Source of the DNA: Alistipes sp.
Lineage (GTDB): Bacteria > Bacteroidota > Bacteroidia > Bacteroidales > Rikenellaceae
Length of the DNA: 64,000 bases
Reading direction: 5' to 3'
Assembly: GCA_045655585.1 (NCBI GenBank)
Contig: JAZOPO010000018.1
Coordinates: 2,438 to 66,437, forward strand
Below the pieces are notes generated by a model. It saw only the letters and a list, made by a program, of their open reading frames with translations. It searched no databases and was not told where the DNA came from. The position numbers and the translations under genes are program-made. This document shows positions 19,437 through 29,743 of this stretch, in pieces (the first letter of the stretch is position 1; every line of letters starts with the position of its first letter).

Positions 19437-19758
19437 GGCCACTATCAAAAGATTACGAACAGCATAGAAAGGGTGTCTAACATAGGGTTAGCACCCTTGT
19501 TTTTTGAAAAATGGATAATAACTCCATTTATTAGTAAGTATAAATACTTATTCTATAATCGAAACAGCTATTTCTATCATCGAAATGGCTGTTTTTAAGA
19601 AAAAAATGATACTTTTGTGGCATAATTCGACAGTATTGTGGAATATTTGGGCACAACCGATAGTCATTAATGTCGCGTATATGTTCTATTGCTCCGCCCG
19701 ACAAAATAGACCTCCAATTAATGAGCAGCCGCACGACGGATGCTAAATTTGCGTTGAA

Positions 19759-20712
19759 ATGAAGGAACAATTAGAAGCCCTAAATGGCATTACCATCAAT
19801 TTTGGTGAAGGCGGAATGTTTATCGTGAATATCATTCTCGCATTTGTGATGTTTGGCGTAGCGCTTGGCATCAAGTTCAAGACATTCAAAGATGTTTTCA
19901 CAAAACCCAAATCGGTAATTACAGGTGTTTTGTTGCAGTGGGTTGGTTTGCCCGCCGTTACATTCGCCATCGCGCTGGCTCTCAGCCCGTGGATTACACC
20001 GATGATTGCGCTGGGTATGATTCTCGTTGCATCGTGCCCGGGTGGTAACATCTCAAACTTTATATCGGCACTCTCGAAGGGTAATATCGAGTTGTCGGTA
20101 TCTATGACCGCCATCACTACGGCTGGTGCACCCTTTATCACCCCGCTTAACTTCTTCTTCTGGGGTTCGTTGTACAGCCAGATTATCAGCATCAAGGCCG
20201 ATATCCCCCGCTTGGTTATCCCCTTCTTCCCTATGTTGGAGCAGATTTTGTTGTTGCTGGGTGTGCCCATCGTCTTGGGATTGGTATTCGCACACTACTT
20301 CCCCAACGCCACAAAGAAGATTACCAAGCCCGCGCAGGTTATCTCTATCCTGCTCTTCATCGGTATGGTGATAGTGTCGTTCTCGCAGAATTTCCAAATC
20401 TTCTTGGATAATATCTTCTATGTATTCTTTATCGTGCTGATTCACAATGCAAGCGCATTGGGAGCGGGTTTCTTGGGAGGTACACTTGCCAAGGTGCCAC
20501 AACGCGACCGTCGCTCGCTGACAGTCGAGACAGGTATTCAGAATTCGGGCTTGGGCTTGATTTTGTTGTTCAACACCTCAATCTTCCCGCCTGAGATATG
20601 GCACGGTCACTATGGTGGTATGCTCTTCATCACAGCGTGGTGGGGTATATGGCACATCGTTTCAGGTTTGACCGTTGCGTACCTGTTCCGTCGCACGCCT
20701 ATCACAGATTAA
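19759..20712 (+). CDS. Bile acid:sodium symporter (BASS) family transporter
   Basis: CPGGNISN, SVSMT, ETGIQN motifs; multi-TM. Confidence 0.9.
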   Translation: MKEQLEALNGITINFGEGGMFIVNIILAFVMFGVALGIKFKTFKDVFTKPKSVITGVLLQWVGLPAVTFAIALALSPWITPMIALGMILVASCPGGNISNFISALSKGNIELSVSMTAITTAGAPFITPLNFFFWGSLYSQIISIKADIPRLVIPFFPMLEQILLLLGVPIVLGLVFAHYFPNATKKITKPAQVISILLFIGMVIVSFSQNFQIFLDNIFYVFFIVLIHNASALGAGFLGGTLAKVPQRDRRSLTVETGIQNSGLGLILLFNTSIFPPEIWHGHYGGMLFITAWWGIWHIVSGLTVAYLFRRTPITD

Positions 20713-20715
20713 TTT

Positions 20716-22050
20716 ATGAGCCGTAAAAGCAAAAAGATTCAAGATTACGATGGTCTGTACGCATTCCTGCGTCACTATGTAGACCTCGTACTCAAACTCT
20801 CTTACCGTACCCTCCGCTATGTCGGCAGGGAGCGAATCCCTCAGGACGGAGCCGTTATCTACGCCCCCAACCATACCAACGCCCTTATGGACGCCCTGGT
20901 CATATTGGCCATGGACCGCAAGGCAAAGGTATTTGTTGCGCGCGCCGATGTCTTCCGTAAGCCTATACTGGCCAAGCTCTTCGCCTTCTTTAAGATTATG
21001 CCCATTATGCGTATGCGTGACGGCGTGGACGAGGTGAAGAAGAACTACGAGACAATCAAGAAGTCGGTAGATGTATTGCGTGACAAGGTGCCGTTCTGCA
21101 TCTTCCCCGAGGGACAGCATCAGGCAAAATATTCGTCATTGCCCCTCTCGAAGGGTATCTTCCGCATCGCTTTCCAGGCGCAGGAACTTATGACCGATAT
21201 GCCGCTCTACATCGTTCCCGTGGGTATCCGTTACGGCAGTTTCTTCCGTTTCCGCTCTACGGTGCGTGTGCAGATTGGTGACCCTATCAATGTAAAGGAG
21301 TTCCTCGACACTCACCCCGAGATGACTCCGCAGGAGCAGATGAATGTAATGCGAGAGGAGCTTGCCGAGCGTATGAAGTCCTCTATCTTCTACATTCCCA
21401 ACGACGAGAACTACGATGCTACATACGAGATTTGCGCCGCTGTGGTTAAGCAGCAGGTTAAATACATCAGCCGCAAGACAAATAGTGGTCGCAAGAATCG
21501 TCTCGATGCTCACTTCGAGGCTAACAAACTCACTCTCTCTCGCATAGAGAAGTTGAAGGAGCAGAACCCCGCCAATGCCGAGGCGTTGATGCGCCTGGGT
21601 AACGAGGCATCGGCCATCCGCCGCTCGAAGCGTATCAGCCTTGCATCGGTGTCGATTAAGTTCCCCGTGCTCTCGCGCGTGTTGAAGTTCTTGTTCCTGC
21701 TGGTGGCACTCCCCTACTGCCTGCCGGTGTCAATTCTCACACTGCCGATTAAAGCATTGTGCAACTTCCTATTTACTAAGCTCAAAGATTATGCGTTCCG
21801 CAACTCGGTGCGTTTCTTGGTAAACCTGGTTATGTGGCCTCTGCTGATGATTGTCTACTCTATCATAGCCTACATCATCCTGCCGTGGCAGTGGGCATTG
21901 CCCATCACGCTGGCGCTGTTGCCCGCACCTATCGTGGCACACGAGACTTGGCGATTGATTAGATTGGCTATCTCAGATGCACGCCTGCTGATGAACGGCG
22001 AGCTGCGAGGCAAGTATGCGCAGATTAGAGATATTCTTTTTAACAAATAA
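20716..22050 (+). CDS. PlsC-like glycerolipid acyltransferase with C-terminal TM helices
   Basis: NHTNALMD (HxxxxD-like) and IFPEG motifs. Confidence 0.88.
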   Translation: MSRKSKKIQDYDGLYAFLRHYVDLVLKLSYRTLRYVGRERIPQDGAVIYAPNHTNALMDALVILAMDRKAKVFVARADVFRKPILAKLFAFFKIMPIMRMRDGVDEVKKNYETIKKSVDVLRDKVPFCIFPEGQHQAKYSSLPLSKGIFRIAFQAQELMTDMPLYIVPVGIRYGSFFRFRSTVRVQIGDPINVKEFLDTHPEMTPQEQMNVMREELAERMKSSIFYIPNDENYDATYEICAAVVKQQVKYISRKTNSGRKNRLDAHFEANKLTLSRIEKLKEQNPANAEALMRLGNEASAIRRSKRISLASVSIKFPVLSRVLKFLFLLVALPYCLPVSILTLPIKALCNFLFTKLKDYAFRNSVRFLVNLVMWPLLMIVYSIIAYIILPWQWALPITLALLPAPIVAHETWRLIRLAISDARLLMNGELRGKYAQIRDILFNK

Positions 22051-22061
22051 TTTGGATTAGT

Positions 22062-23492
22062 ATGAAGATTAATCATATAATAGCAACCCTCGTTGCTACA
22101 CTATTCTGTACAGCGCTCTTCGCGCAGACAACAGACGAGAGCCTTCCCTCGGAGGAGAAAAAGGAGCTTATCAAGACCGGTTACAACTTCGGTCCCCTGC
22201 CCGCTGTGGCATTCGATGCCGACAAGGGTTTCCAGCTGGGTGCGTTGCTCAACATCTACGACTTTGGTGATGGCTCAACATACCCCAACCCCCGCCAGCA
22301 GTGGTACTTCGAGGCTTCGTTCTTTACCAAGGGCTCACAGCTCTTTGTAGTGTCGTACGACAACCGCTTCTCAATCCCGGGAGTGCGTCTGTCATCGACC
22401 TTCACGCTGACGAACGACAAGGCTATGGACTTCTATGGCTTCAACGGTTATATGTCGCACTTCGACCACGAGAAGGTGGCTCTGGGTAAGGATAAGGAGA
22501 ATCAGGAGAGTTATATCTACACACCCAAGTATCGCTTGAACCGCCTTGCAATGCTCTTCAAGACCGACTTCACAGGTAACATTTGGAATAACAAGCTCTT
22601 CTGGGAGGCTGGCTATCACCTCAGCTACATCAAGCAGGGTTACAAGAACCAGCAGGCGCTCAACCTCGAAAAGATTAACAAGAATAAGGAGGATTACAAG
22701 ATGTTCCCCGCCGAGGAGACTCCCATCTTCGATTTGTATCGCCAGTGGGGTATCATCTCCGAGGATGAGGCTTGGGGCGGACTCAATAGCACCTTGCGTT
22801 TGGGTTTGATGTTCGACACACGCGACAAGGAGGGTGCTCCCTCACGCGGTATCTGGGCTGAGGCTCACGCAACACTTGCGCCCAAGTGGTTGGGTACGAC
22901 TAACCCCTACTACCGCTACTCGGCAACATTCCGCCACTATCTGCCCCTTGTAAAGAACGATATTCTTACATTCGCATATCGTTTGAACTATGAGGGTACG
23001 ATTGGCAACTCGGCTCCACACTATGTACTTCCCTTCATCACCGTTATGGGTGCATCGTACGACCGCGACGGTATGGGTGGCTATCGCACAATCCGCGGTT
23101 TGATGCGTAACCGTGTGCAGGGTCTTGATATGGCATCGTATAACGCCGAGATGCGTTGGCGCTTTGTGAACTTCCTGCTCTGGAAACAGAATATCTCGTT
23201 TGGACTGAGCGCATTTAGCGACGGTACTATGGTTACTCGCAACTACGATATGTCATTCAAGGGCGAGGAGAAGTACCGCAAGGAGTATGACGAGTATATG
23301 GCTCTCTCGGGCAACCGCACATCGGACCGTCCGCACATCACTGTCGGTGGTGGCTTGCGATTTATTATGAATCAGAACTTCATCGTGGCATTCGAGTATG
23401 GTATGCCCGTGAGCAAGTTCAGCAAGGACCCCTTCATCAAGAATCAGGACGGCAACGGAGCGTTCTACATCAATACGGGTTATCTCTTCTAA
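22062..23492 (+). CDS. Omp85-family outer membrane beta-barrel protein (no POTRA)
   Basis: Signal peptide, FDTRD, GGYRTIRG, C-terminal INTGYLF. Confidence 0.8.
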   Translation: MKINHIIATLVATLFCTALFAQTTDESLPSEEKKELIKTGYNFGPLPAVAFDADKGFQLGALLNIYDFGDGSTYPNPRQQWYFEASFFTKGSQLFVVSYDNRFSIPGVRLSSTFTLTNDKAMDFYGFNGYMSHFDHEKVALGKDKENQESYIYTPKYRLNRLAMLFKTDFTGNIWNNKLFWEAGYHLSYIKQGYKNQQALNLEKINKNKEDYKMFPAEETPIFDLYRQWGIISEDEAWGGLNSTLRLGLMFDTRDKEGAPSRGIWAEAHATLAPKWLGTTNPYYRYSATFRHYLPLVKNDILTFAYRLNYEGTIGNSAPHYVLPFITVMGASYDRDGMGGYRTIRGLMRNRVQGLDMASYNAEMRWRFVNFLLWKQNISFGLSAFSDGTMVTRNYDMSFKGEEKYRKEYDEYMALSGNRTSDRPHITVGGGLRFIMNQNFIVAFEYGMPVSKFSKDPFIKNQDGNGAFYINTGYLF

Positions 23493-23509
23493 GAGAAGAT
23501 ATATATAGA

Positions 23510-23554
23510 CAAAATAATAGGGAGCTAACGAAGTGTTAGTTCCCTATTATTTTG
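23510..23554. terminator. Bidirectional terminator hairpin
   Basis: CAAAATAATAGGGAGCTAAC / GTTAGTTCCCTATTATTTTG. Confidence 0.75.
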
Positions 23555-23572
23555 ACCTTAATTAGCATTCCT

Positions 23573-23695
23573 AAAAGTTGTATAACAAGAGCTATTTTGA
23601 GGCTGGTCGCAGGCTGAGAAACCGCAGTTTGCTGGGCGCAAATGAGGATTTCGAGGACAAGCCAGACGCCAAAAGAGCCTTGTTAGACAGCTTTT
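23573..23695. repeat. Dispersed structured repeat family A, copy 1
   Basis: Core 23592-23674 nearly identical to 25909-25991; enclosed by imperfect inverted repeats. Confidence 0.85.
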
Positions 23696-24863
23696 ATAAT
23701 TTACCAAGTATCTCTGACATTAGAACTCCCAGATGATTTCCTGCGGCATATCCCACGATACCTGCGCCAAGACCTGTGATGAGAGCCTTCTTGTTGCGCA
23801 TAGCTGCTGCAACCATCGGCACGAAGGGGGGCGAGTTGATAAATGCCACCGACGAGATAACCATCGAGTCGGCATCGACACGCATCAGGCGGCAGACGAT
23901 GGCATGCAAGCCAAGCGAGAGGAATACCGCCACGCTCATAAAGGCGAGCTGATTCATTCCACCGGCAAGGTCGAGGTTTGAGAGGTCGGCCATAGATGCG
24001 ATGGTGATACTGAATATATATATCAGGTACATACCCATATCATAACTCATATCCAGCGCACGCACCGAGCGAATGAACGATGAAGCAACGCCCAGCGTAG
24101 TGAGCATAAGGATAAAGACCACCATAAACCATCCCTCGGGAACGAGCAGTGCCAAGCCTGCCGACACGCCTACGATGGCGAGTGTAACGCCGAGGCTCTT
24201 GCCCATCTGCTTAAAGCCCTCCTTCGTAAGGAGTTTGAGGTATGGATTCTGCTTCGAGAGCTCTATCTGACGCTCAATCTCGGCCTTATCGCTCTGCGAT
24301 ATGGTGTGCTCGCCCTCGCCATAGAGACGGCGGAAGAGGCGAATGCCGATGCTGAACAGAAATACGAAGTAGATAAACGAGATGATAATATCGTAAGAGT
24401 TTATCATAATATATATCTCGCTGTTAATCTTGAAGATAGCCTGCAAAGCCGCCGCATTGAGCGTACCGCCCGTGTACATACCTGTAACTATACCGCCCAC
24501 CTCGGCACCCTCATTCAAGTGCGTACCAAAGAGCAGATAACCTGTCATAACGGCCACGCACACCGAGAGGAATCCACTCACGACAATCTTCAACTGCAAG
24601 CCCAGCTCGCCCTGCGAGAAGGTGTAGCCAAAGAGCATCATCGGGATGGCCAGCGGAATCATAATATTGGGCAGAATATCCTGCACGCCCTTAATCTCAT
24701 CGGGCATAAAGGGAAGATTACCCAGCAGCATACCGATAGCGTAGAGAATCATAATGGGTCCAATCTTACCCAAAATAGGCACTCGACGACAGAGCCAAAT
24801 AACACCTGCGGGGGTTGCGCAGAAGATGGCTATAAGAATGATATAAATCAATACCGTGCTCAT
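23694..24863 (-). CDS. DUF819 family membrane protein
   Basis: Multi-TM; GMYTGGTLN, SPPFVP..AAA, GIVGYA.GN. Confidence 0.8.
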   Translation of the reverse strand: MSTVLIYIILIAIFCATPAGVIWLCRRVPILGKIGPIMILYAIGMLLGNLPFMPDEIKGVQDILPNIMIPLAIPMMLFGYTFSQGELGLQLKIVVSGFLSVCVAVMTGYLLFGTHLNEGAEVGGIVTGMYTGGTLNAAALQAIFKINSEIYIMINSYDIIISFIYFVFLFSIGIRLFRRLYGEGEHTISQSDKAEIERQIELSKQNPYLKLLTKEGFKQMGKSLGVTLAIVGVSAGLALLVPEGWFMVVFILMLTTLGVASSFIRSVRALDMSYDMGMYLIYIFSITIASMADLSNLDLAGGMNQLAFMSVAVFLSLGLHAIVCRLMRVDADSMVISSVAFINSPPFVPMVAAAMRNKKALITGLGAGIVGYAAGNHLGVLMSEILGKL

Positions 24864-25047
24864 AATAATAGATATATGTGATTATTATGACACAAATATA
24901 ACAATTTTATTCATTCCCAGCCCAGAAGAGCAATCTAAGCAAGTGAAAAAAATGCGCAGAATAGCATAGTTTTTCGGCTAATTTTGTATATTTGTATTGT
25001 GGTTATTGTGCAATTATAGATTTTTTAACCTTAATACTAATTCAATT

Positions 25048-25818
25048 ATGAAAAAACTTATTCTTTCGGCTATCGCCTTGACTATCGCAGTAGGCGTATC
25101 AGCTCAGGGTCAGCGTCCTCAGCCAGACCCCAATCGTATGCGTCCCGGTATGACCGAGTTCTACACTCCCGTACCTAAGGTTGTAACTCCGGGTGACATC
25201 ACTACAAACTCAGCTCCCTCTGACGCTATCGTACTTTTCGATGGTAAGGACCTCAGCGCTTGGTCAGGTCGTGGTGGCGGCCCCGCAGAGTGGGATGTAC
25301 ACGATGGCGTATTTACAGTAAATAAGAAGAAGGGCGATATCCAGACTCGTCAGCACTTTGAGTCATTCCAGCTCCACATCGAGTGGTGCGTACCCGAGAA
25401 CATCACAGGCGAGGGTCAGAGCCGTGGTAACAGCGGTGTATTCTTGCAGGGTAAGTACGAGGTACAGATTTTGGATTGCTACGAGAACAAGACTTATACA
25501 AACGGTCAGACAGGTAGTATCTACAAGCAGTCAACTCCCCTTGCAAACGCTATGCGTAAGCCCGGTGAGTGGAATGTTTACGATATTATCTACAACGCTC
25601 CCGTATTCAACGCTGACGGTTCATACCGCGTGCCTCCCACAGTTACAGTTATCCACAACGGCATCGTTTTGCAGAACAATGTTGTAATCCGCGGTACAAC
25701 TGAGTACATCGGCCACCCGCAGGTTAAGAAGCACGGCGCAGGTCCCATCATCCTCCAGAGCCACGGTGACCCCTCAGAGCCTATCAGCTTCCGTAACATC
25801 TGGATTCGTGAATTGTAA
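25048..25818 (+). CDS. DUF1080 (3-keto-disaccharide hydrolase) family protein
   Basis: Signal peptide; LFDGKDL, LHIEW, GNSGV, YEVQILD, LQSHG, FRNIWIREL. Confidence 0.9.
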   Translation: MKKLILSAIALTIAVGVSAQGQRPQPDPNRMRPGMTEFYTPVPKVVTPGDITTNSAPSDAIVLFDGKDLSAWSGRGGGPAEWDVHDGVFTVNKKKGDIQTRQHFESFQLHIEWCVPENITGEGQSRGNSGVFLQGKYEVQILDCYENKTYTNGQTGSIYKQSTPLANAMRKPGEWNVYDIIYNAPVFNADGSYRVPPTVTVIHNGIVLQNNVVIRGTTEYIGHPQVKKHGAGPIILQSHGDPSEPISFRNIWIREL

Positions 25819-25838
25819 TACAACCCCGAAGATAATAA

Positions 25839-25867
25839 AGGCTGTCCCACGGGACAGCCTATTTTTT
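25839..25867 (+). terminator. Intrinsic terminator
   Basis: AGGCTGTCCC-ac-GGGACAGCCT followed by T-run. Confidence 0.75.
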
Positions 25868-25888
25868 GATATCGCTTTCATATAAAGT

Positions 25889-26013
25889 GTAAATTCACAG
25901 ATAGCAGACTATTTTGAGGCTGGTCGAAGATTGAGAAAGCGCAGTTTGCTGGGCGCAAATGAGCATTTCGAGGGCAAGCCAGACGCCAAAATAGGCACTA
26001 TATGTGGATTTAC
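25889..26013. repeat. Dispersed structured repeat family A, copy 2
   Basis: Same core as 23592-23674 with different but self-complementary flanks. Confidence 0.85.
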
Positions 26014-26273
26014 TACGGCACGGGGTCGTATCCACTTCCTCCCCACGGATGACAACGCAACAAGCGTTTGAGTGTAAGCCAGCCACCCTTTATCGGGCCA
26101 TACTTTTTCAGTGCCTCGACAGCATACTGCGAGCAGGTGGGGGTATAACGGCACGATGGGGGTGTGAAGGGAGATATGCAGTATTGGTAAAACTTAACCA
26201 AGAGCAACAACGGCCACGCTGCGACTCTCTTACAGACGCTCGCAAACTTGTGCCAGGATTCGTTGCACGGCAT
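26013..26273 (-). CDS. yidD: Membrane protein insertion efficiency factor YidD
   Basis: YQ..ISP....[10 protein letters not shown]...[14 protein letters not shown]. Confidence 0.95.
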   Translation of the reverse strand: MPCNESWHKFASVCKRVAAWPLLLLVKFYQYCISPFTPPSCRYTPTCSQYAVEALKKYGPIKGGWLTLKRLLRCHPWGGSGYDPVP

Positions 26274-26655
26274 ACTCCACAGTTTTATAGGTGTGAATCT
26301 CTTTGGTCGAGTAGATAAAAGCCATATTTATCGTCTTGCCACTCTGCTGCAACTGCTCACACAGTGCTCCACAATTCAGGCGATAGGCCTCGCGTGTACG
26401 GCGTTTGAGCAGGTTACGCTTGTTGGCGCGCTTATGGAACTTCTTGGGCACGGAGAACAGAACCTCCACGCCACGCTCGCCACACGGCTTTGCCTCGATG
26501 ATGTTATTCTCGACAGCGCCCTCAACGGCAGGCTCTGCGGCAATCCACACATAGCGGAAGGGATAGACAAAACCGCTATGCCCCTCGCCGAACATTCGGC
26601 GTATAGCTTTCAACGAGCGCAGACGCTCCGAACGCGGGAGGGTATAATCGGGCAT
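26230..26655 (-). CDS. rnpA: Ribonuclease P protein component
   Basis: [32 protein letters not shown]. Confidence 0.9.
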   Translation of the reverse strand: MPDYTLPRSERLRSLKAIRRMFGEGHSGFVYPFRYVWIAAEPAVEGAVENNIIEAKPCGERGVEVLFSVPKKFHKRANKRNLLKRRTREAYRLNCGALCEQLQQSGKTINMAFIYSTKEIHTYKTVEYAVQRILAQVCERL

Positions 26656-26671
26656 AAATCTGATGTTTTTG

Positions 26672-27526
26672 TTATTTCTTCTCGGCAACGGTGCGAGTAC
26701 GGCTCTTCTTAGCCAACTTACTCTGCGGGGTACGGATAAACTCCTCCTTTGCCTCGTCGTTGTGAATCTCAACCTCGGCGATAGTCTCGCCCTTCTTCAC
26801 CTTAGCGATGTAGATATCCAACGCCTTAGCCATCGAGGGGGCCTCGGGTGAGGGTGCAGAGGCCTTGACCTTCATACCAGCATCGTGTGCGGCACGCAAG
26901 GTAGCCTCGCCAAAGGTGGCGATAACGGGCAACTCCTCAACCTTGAAGTTCTCGGCAATGCTCTTCACATCCGAAGGTGAGTAGAGAGCCATAACATCGT
27001 AGTCAGCAGGCTTAACATCGCTCATATCGGCAGCGACGCTACGCGCAAGGATTACGGGCGAGTAGTTGATTTTGAGTTTGGTAAGAGTCTCGGGAAGCTC
27101 GGGCTTGTGAGGCTCGCTCAGGGCCAGGAGCATACGCTCGCTCTTATGTTTGATGATAAGCTCCAAGAGCGAAGTGAATGTGCCATCGGCAAACGAAATC
27201 TTACGCTTACGGTAGACGATATATTTCTGCAAGTAGAGTGCAACAGCCTCAGTATTACAGATATACTTCATTGTCTCGGGTACGGTGATGCGAGCATCCT
27301 CGCAAATCTTAAAGAAGCTATCAACAGTGGTACGCGATGTAAAGATAACCGCCGTGTGGTCCAATATCTCGATGCGCTGTGCGCGGAACTCTTTTAGTGT
27401 TACGCCAACCACGCGAATCAAGGGCTTATAATCGACCTCAACCTTATGCTTGGTTGACAATTCGTAGAAAGGGGATTTTTCAATCACCGCGGGGCGCGGC
27501 TGCGATACCAAAACTTTTTTTACCAT
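26672..27526 (-). CDS. hemD: Uroporphyrinogen-III synthase (HemD) family protein
   Basis: VLVSQPRP, IFTSR, ALYLQKYIVYRKRKI, YSPS; Bacteroidota DUF4271-hemD-rnpA-yidD synteny. Confidence 0.85.
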   Translation of the reverse strand: MVKKVLVSQPRPAVIEKSPFYELSTKHKVEVDYKPLIRVVGVTLKEFRAQRIEILDHTAVIFTSRTTVDSFFKICEDARITVPETMKYICNTEAVALYLQKYIVYRKRKISFADGTFTSLLELIIKHKSERMLLALSEPHKPELPETLTKLKINYSPVILARSVAADMSDVKPADYDVMALYSPSDVKSIAENFKVEELPVIATFGEATLRAAHDAGMKVKASAPSPEAPSMAKALDIYIAKVKKGETIAEVEIHNDEAKEEFIRTPQSKLAKKSRTRTVAEKK

Positions 27527-27543
27527 TCTCTGTTTATTTATTA

Positions 27544-28545
27544 CTACCTCAGGCGAATCACTGCCTGCCATAATAGGCTGAGTGGCAGAATTTCGACGGT
27601 GCAAAGGTACAAAATCCAATGTAAAATTGAAACTTTTTTAGAAATAAAGAAGCCTATACTCTCTTTTATGAACAAAATGGCCACAACTGCCAACACCACG
27701 ACACTCACCTTCAACCACGCATCGGCACTTGCGCCCGTGCCAACGAGCGCCATAAGGATTACGGGCGAGGCCAGGACGGTGGTGAGAACAAAGTATGTGA
27801 GTCGTATGCGGATAAACTTAGCCACATCGCCATACGATTGTGTGACAACACCCACCAGGCCAAGAAGCAGATATTGCAGTATGATTATAGCCAGAAAGAC
27901 TCCCACAACGGCCACGGGCAGGTAGGTCATAACCTGCTCGGGCAAAGCGATATCCGTACGCGAGATGGAGATTGCAGCAATGAGTCCCACAAAGCAGGCG
28001 CCAAGCATAAAGAGCTTACCCAGCGCACCGTAAAATATATCACTGCGCAGACGCTCACCCACACGGCCGGCACTGCTCACCTTGCTATTGAAGATAGAGC
28101 CAAGTAGCACTCTAATATCGTCGAAGTAACGGCAGATGCAGAAGAGGTAATAGACAAACATCAGCACCACCAGCACATTGTACAGCTCGTCAATCCACCC
28201 CGCCGATAGCAGAGGCTTCGCATCAGAGAGCATAACCTCAGCGTCATACACCTCAGCCGAGAGCATAGCCACCGAGTTGCTCATATCACTCACGCCGTGC
28301 GAGAGCGTAGAGCCGCCACCCAACACCGACTCCACATCGGCATCGTGGTACATCTCGCGCGCACGCTGCCACCCCTCCACAATCTGCGTGAAGGTCTGCG
28401 GCGAGGCCACCTCACCTGCGGGCTGCACATCGAGCGAGTCGAGCGGATACAATTCTCCCGTCCAGCGGTCCGTCAGGCGACGAAGCGCACGCTCGGAGAG
28501 GGTATCAAGACCCGTAAGGCGTAGTGTATCTGATGGTATAGCCAC
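27544..28545 (-). CDS. DUF4271 domain membrane protein
   Basis: C-terminal HWILYLCTVEILP; position upstream of hemD. Confidence 0.75.
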   Translation of the reverse strand: MAIPSDTLRLTGLDTLSERALRRLTDRWTGELYPLDSLDVQPAGEVASPQTFTQIVEGWQRAREMYHDADVESVLGGGSTLSHGVSDMSNSVAMLSAEVYDAEVMLSDAKPLLSAGWIDELYNVLVVLMFVYYLFCICRYFDDIRVLLGSIFNSKVSSAGRVGERLRSDIFYGALGKLFMLGACFVGLIAAISISRTDIALPEQVMTYLPVAVVGVFLAIIILQYLLLGLVGVVTQSYGDVAKFIRIRLTYFVLTTVLASPVILMALVGTGASADAWLKVSVVVLAVVAILFIKESIGFFISKKVSILHWILYLCTVEILPLSLLWQAVIRLR

Positions 28546-29723
28546 TATTCAAAAACTCTTTTAAGTGTTATGCGGAAGGTTGTGCCACGACCCACCTCCG
28601 ACTTTGTAACGGCAATCTTACCGTGGTGATAATCCTCCACGATGCGGCGTGCCAACGACAATCCCAGACCCCAGCCACGAGTCTTGGTCGTAAAGCCCGG
28701 GGTGAAGATGCGTTTCCAGTTACTCTTGGGGATACCCTTACCCGTGTCGCGCACATCTATATATACATTCTTCTCGTTCGACGAGAGTGTAACCTCAATC
28801 TCGCCGTGACCCTGCATAGCGTCCAGCGCATTCTTCATTAGATTCTCCACCACCCACTCGAACAACTCGACATTGATGTTAGCCTTCACAGGGGCGATGG
28901 CCAAGCCGTTATACGCCAGCGAGACATTGCGAGGCACACGCTTATGGAAGTACATTACGGTCTCGCCCACAACCTCGTTTACGCTATGCACCGAGAGGTC
29001 GGTCTCGGAGCCAATCTTCGAGAAGCGGTCGACAATCTTCATCAGGTGGACCAAATCCTTATCCATCTCATCCACGGCCGTGGGGTCTACCTCCATCGAA
29101 CGCAGATACTCAATCCAGCCCAAGAGTGACGATATAGGCGTACCAAGCTGGTGGGCTGTCTCCTTCGCTAGGCCAATCCACACGCGGTTCTGCTCGTCCT
29201 GTCGCGTAGATTGCAGGGCGATGTAGGTGAAGAGTATAAATATAAATATTATAAGCCACTGCACATAGGGGAAGTAGTATAGAGCCGTAAGCAGCTGCGA
29301 ACGACCATAGAAGATTATGTGTCGGCGGCCCGTGGTCCACATCAGTCGCACCGTACGCGGGGTGTTCTCCTCGGTGAGCTCGTTGAGCTTGCGGCGGAAC
29401 TTCTCGGGGTCTTGAAGAATATCGTCATCTATGCGGTTACTCATCACCAGCGAGAGGTTCTCGTCAGTGATGATGAAGGGGATGTTGTTGTGCGTGCTGA
29501 CGATATGCGAGATGAGCGGGTCAACCAGATAGTTACCGAACGCCTCGCGGCTCACACGCTCCATAGCCGCTGCCCACAGCTCTACATCGTGCTGCTCCTT
29601 CTGGCGCAGTACATCGGCAAGCTCGTAGGTGTAGATAAGCGACACGGCCGCCATAATCACACCTATGACAATCACAGCCATACGACTGCGGAACGATATC
29701 TTCTTTATCTTCGGAAACTTCAT
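28545..29723 (-). CDS. Sensor histidine kinase
   Basis: AKETAHQLGTP (H box), ENLMKNALDA, DTGKG, GWGLGL. Confidence 0.93.
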   Translation of the reverse strand: MKFPKIKKISFRSRMAVIVIGVIMAAVSLIYTYELADVLRQKEQHDVELWAAAMERVSREAFGNYLVDPLISHIVSTHNNIPFIITDENLSLVMSNRIDDDILQDPEKFRRKLNELTEENTPRTVRLMWTTGRRHIIFYGRSQLLTALYYFPYVQWLIIFIFILFTYIALQSTRQDEQNRVWIGLAKETAHQLGTPISSLLGWIEYLRSMEVDPTAVDEMDKDLVHLMKIVDRFSKIGSETDLSVHSVNEVVGETVMYFHKRVPRNVSLAYNGLAIAPVKANINVELFEWVVENLMKNALDAMQGHGEIEVTLSSNEKNVYIDVRDTGKGIPKSNWKRIFTPGFTTKTRGWGLGLSLARRIVEDYHHGKIAVTKSEVGRGTTFRITLKRVFE

Positions 29724-29743
29724 CTCCCTCGCCCTTTATTTGG

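Noticed and set aside
23573-26013. Repeat family A considered as CRISPR repeats or IS ends of a composite transposon
   Set aside because: Copies are ~120 bp and 2.3 kb apart with no spacer array, cas gene or transposase; enclosed genes look like ordinary chromosomal genes
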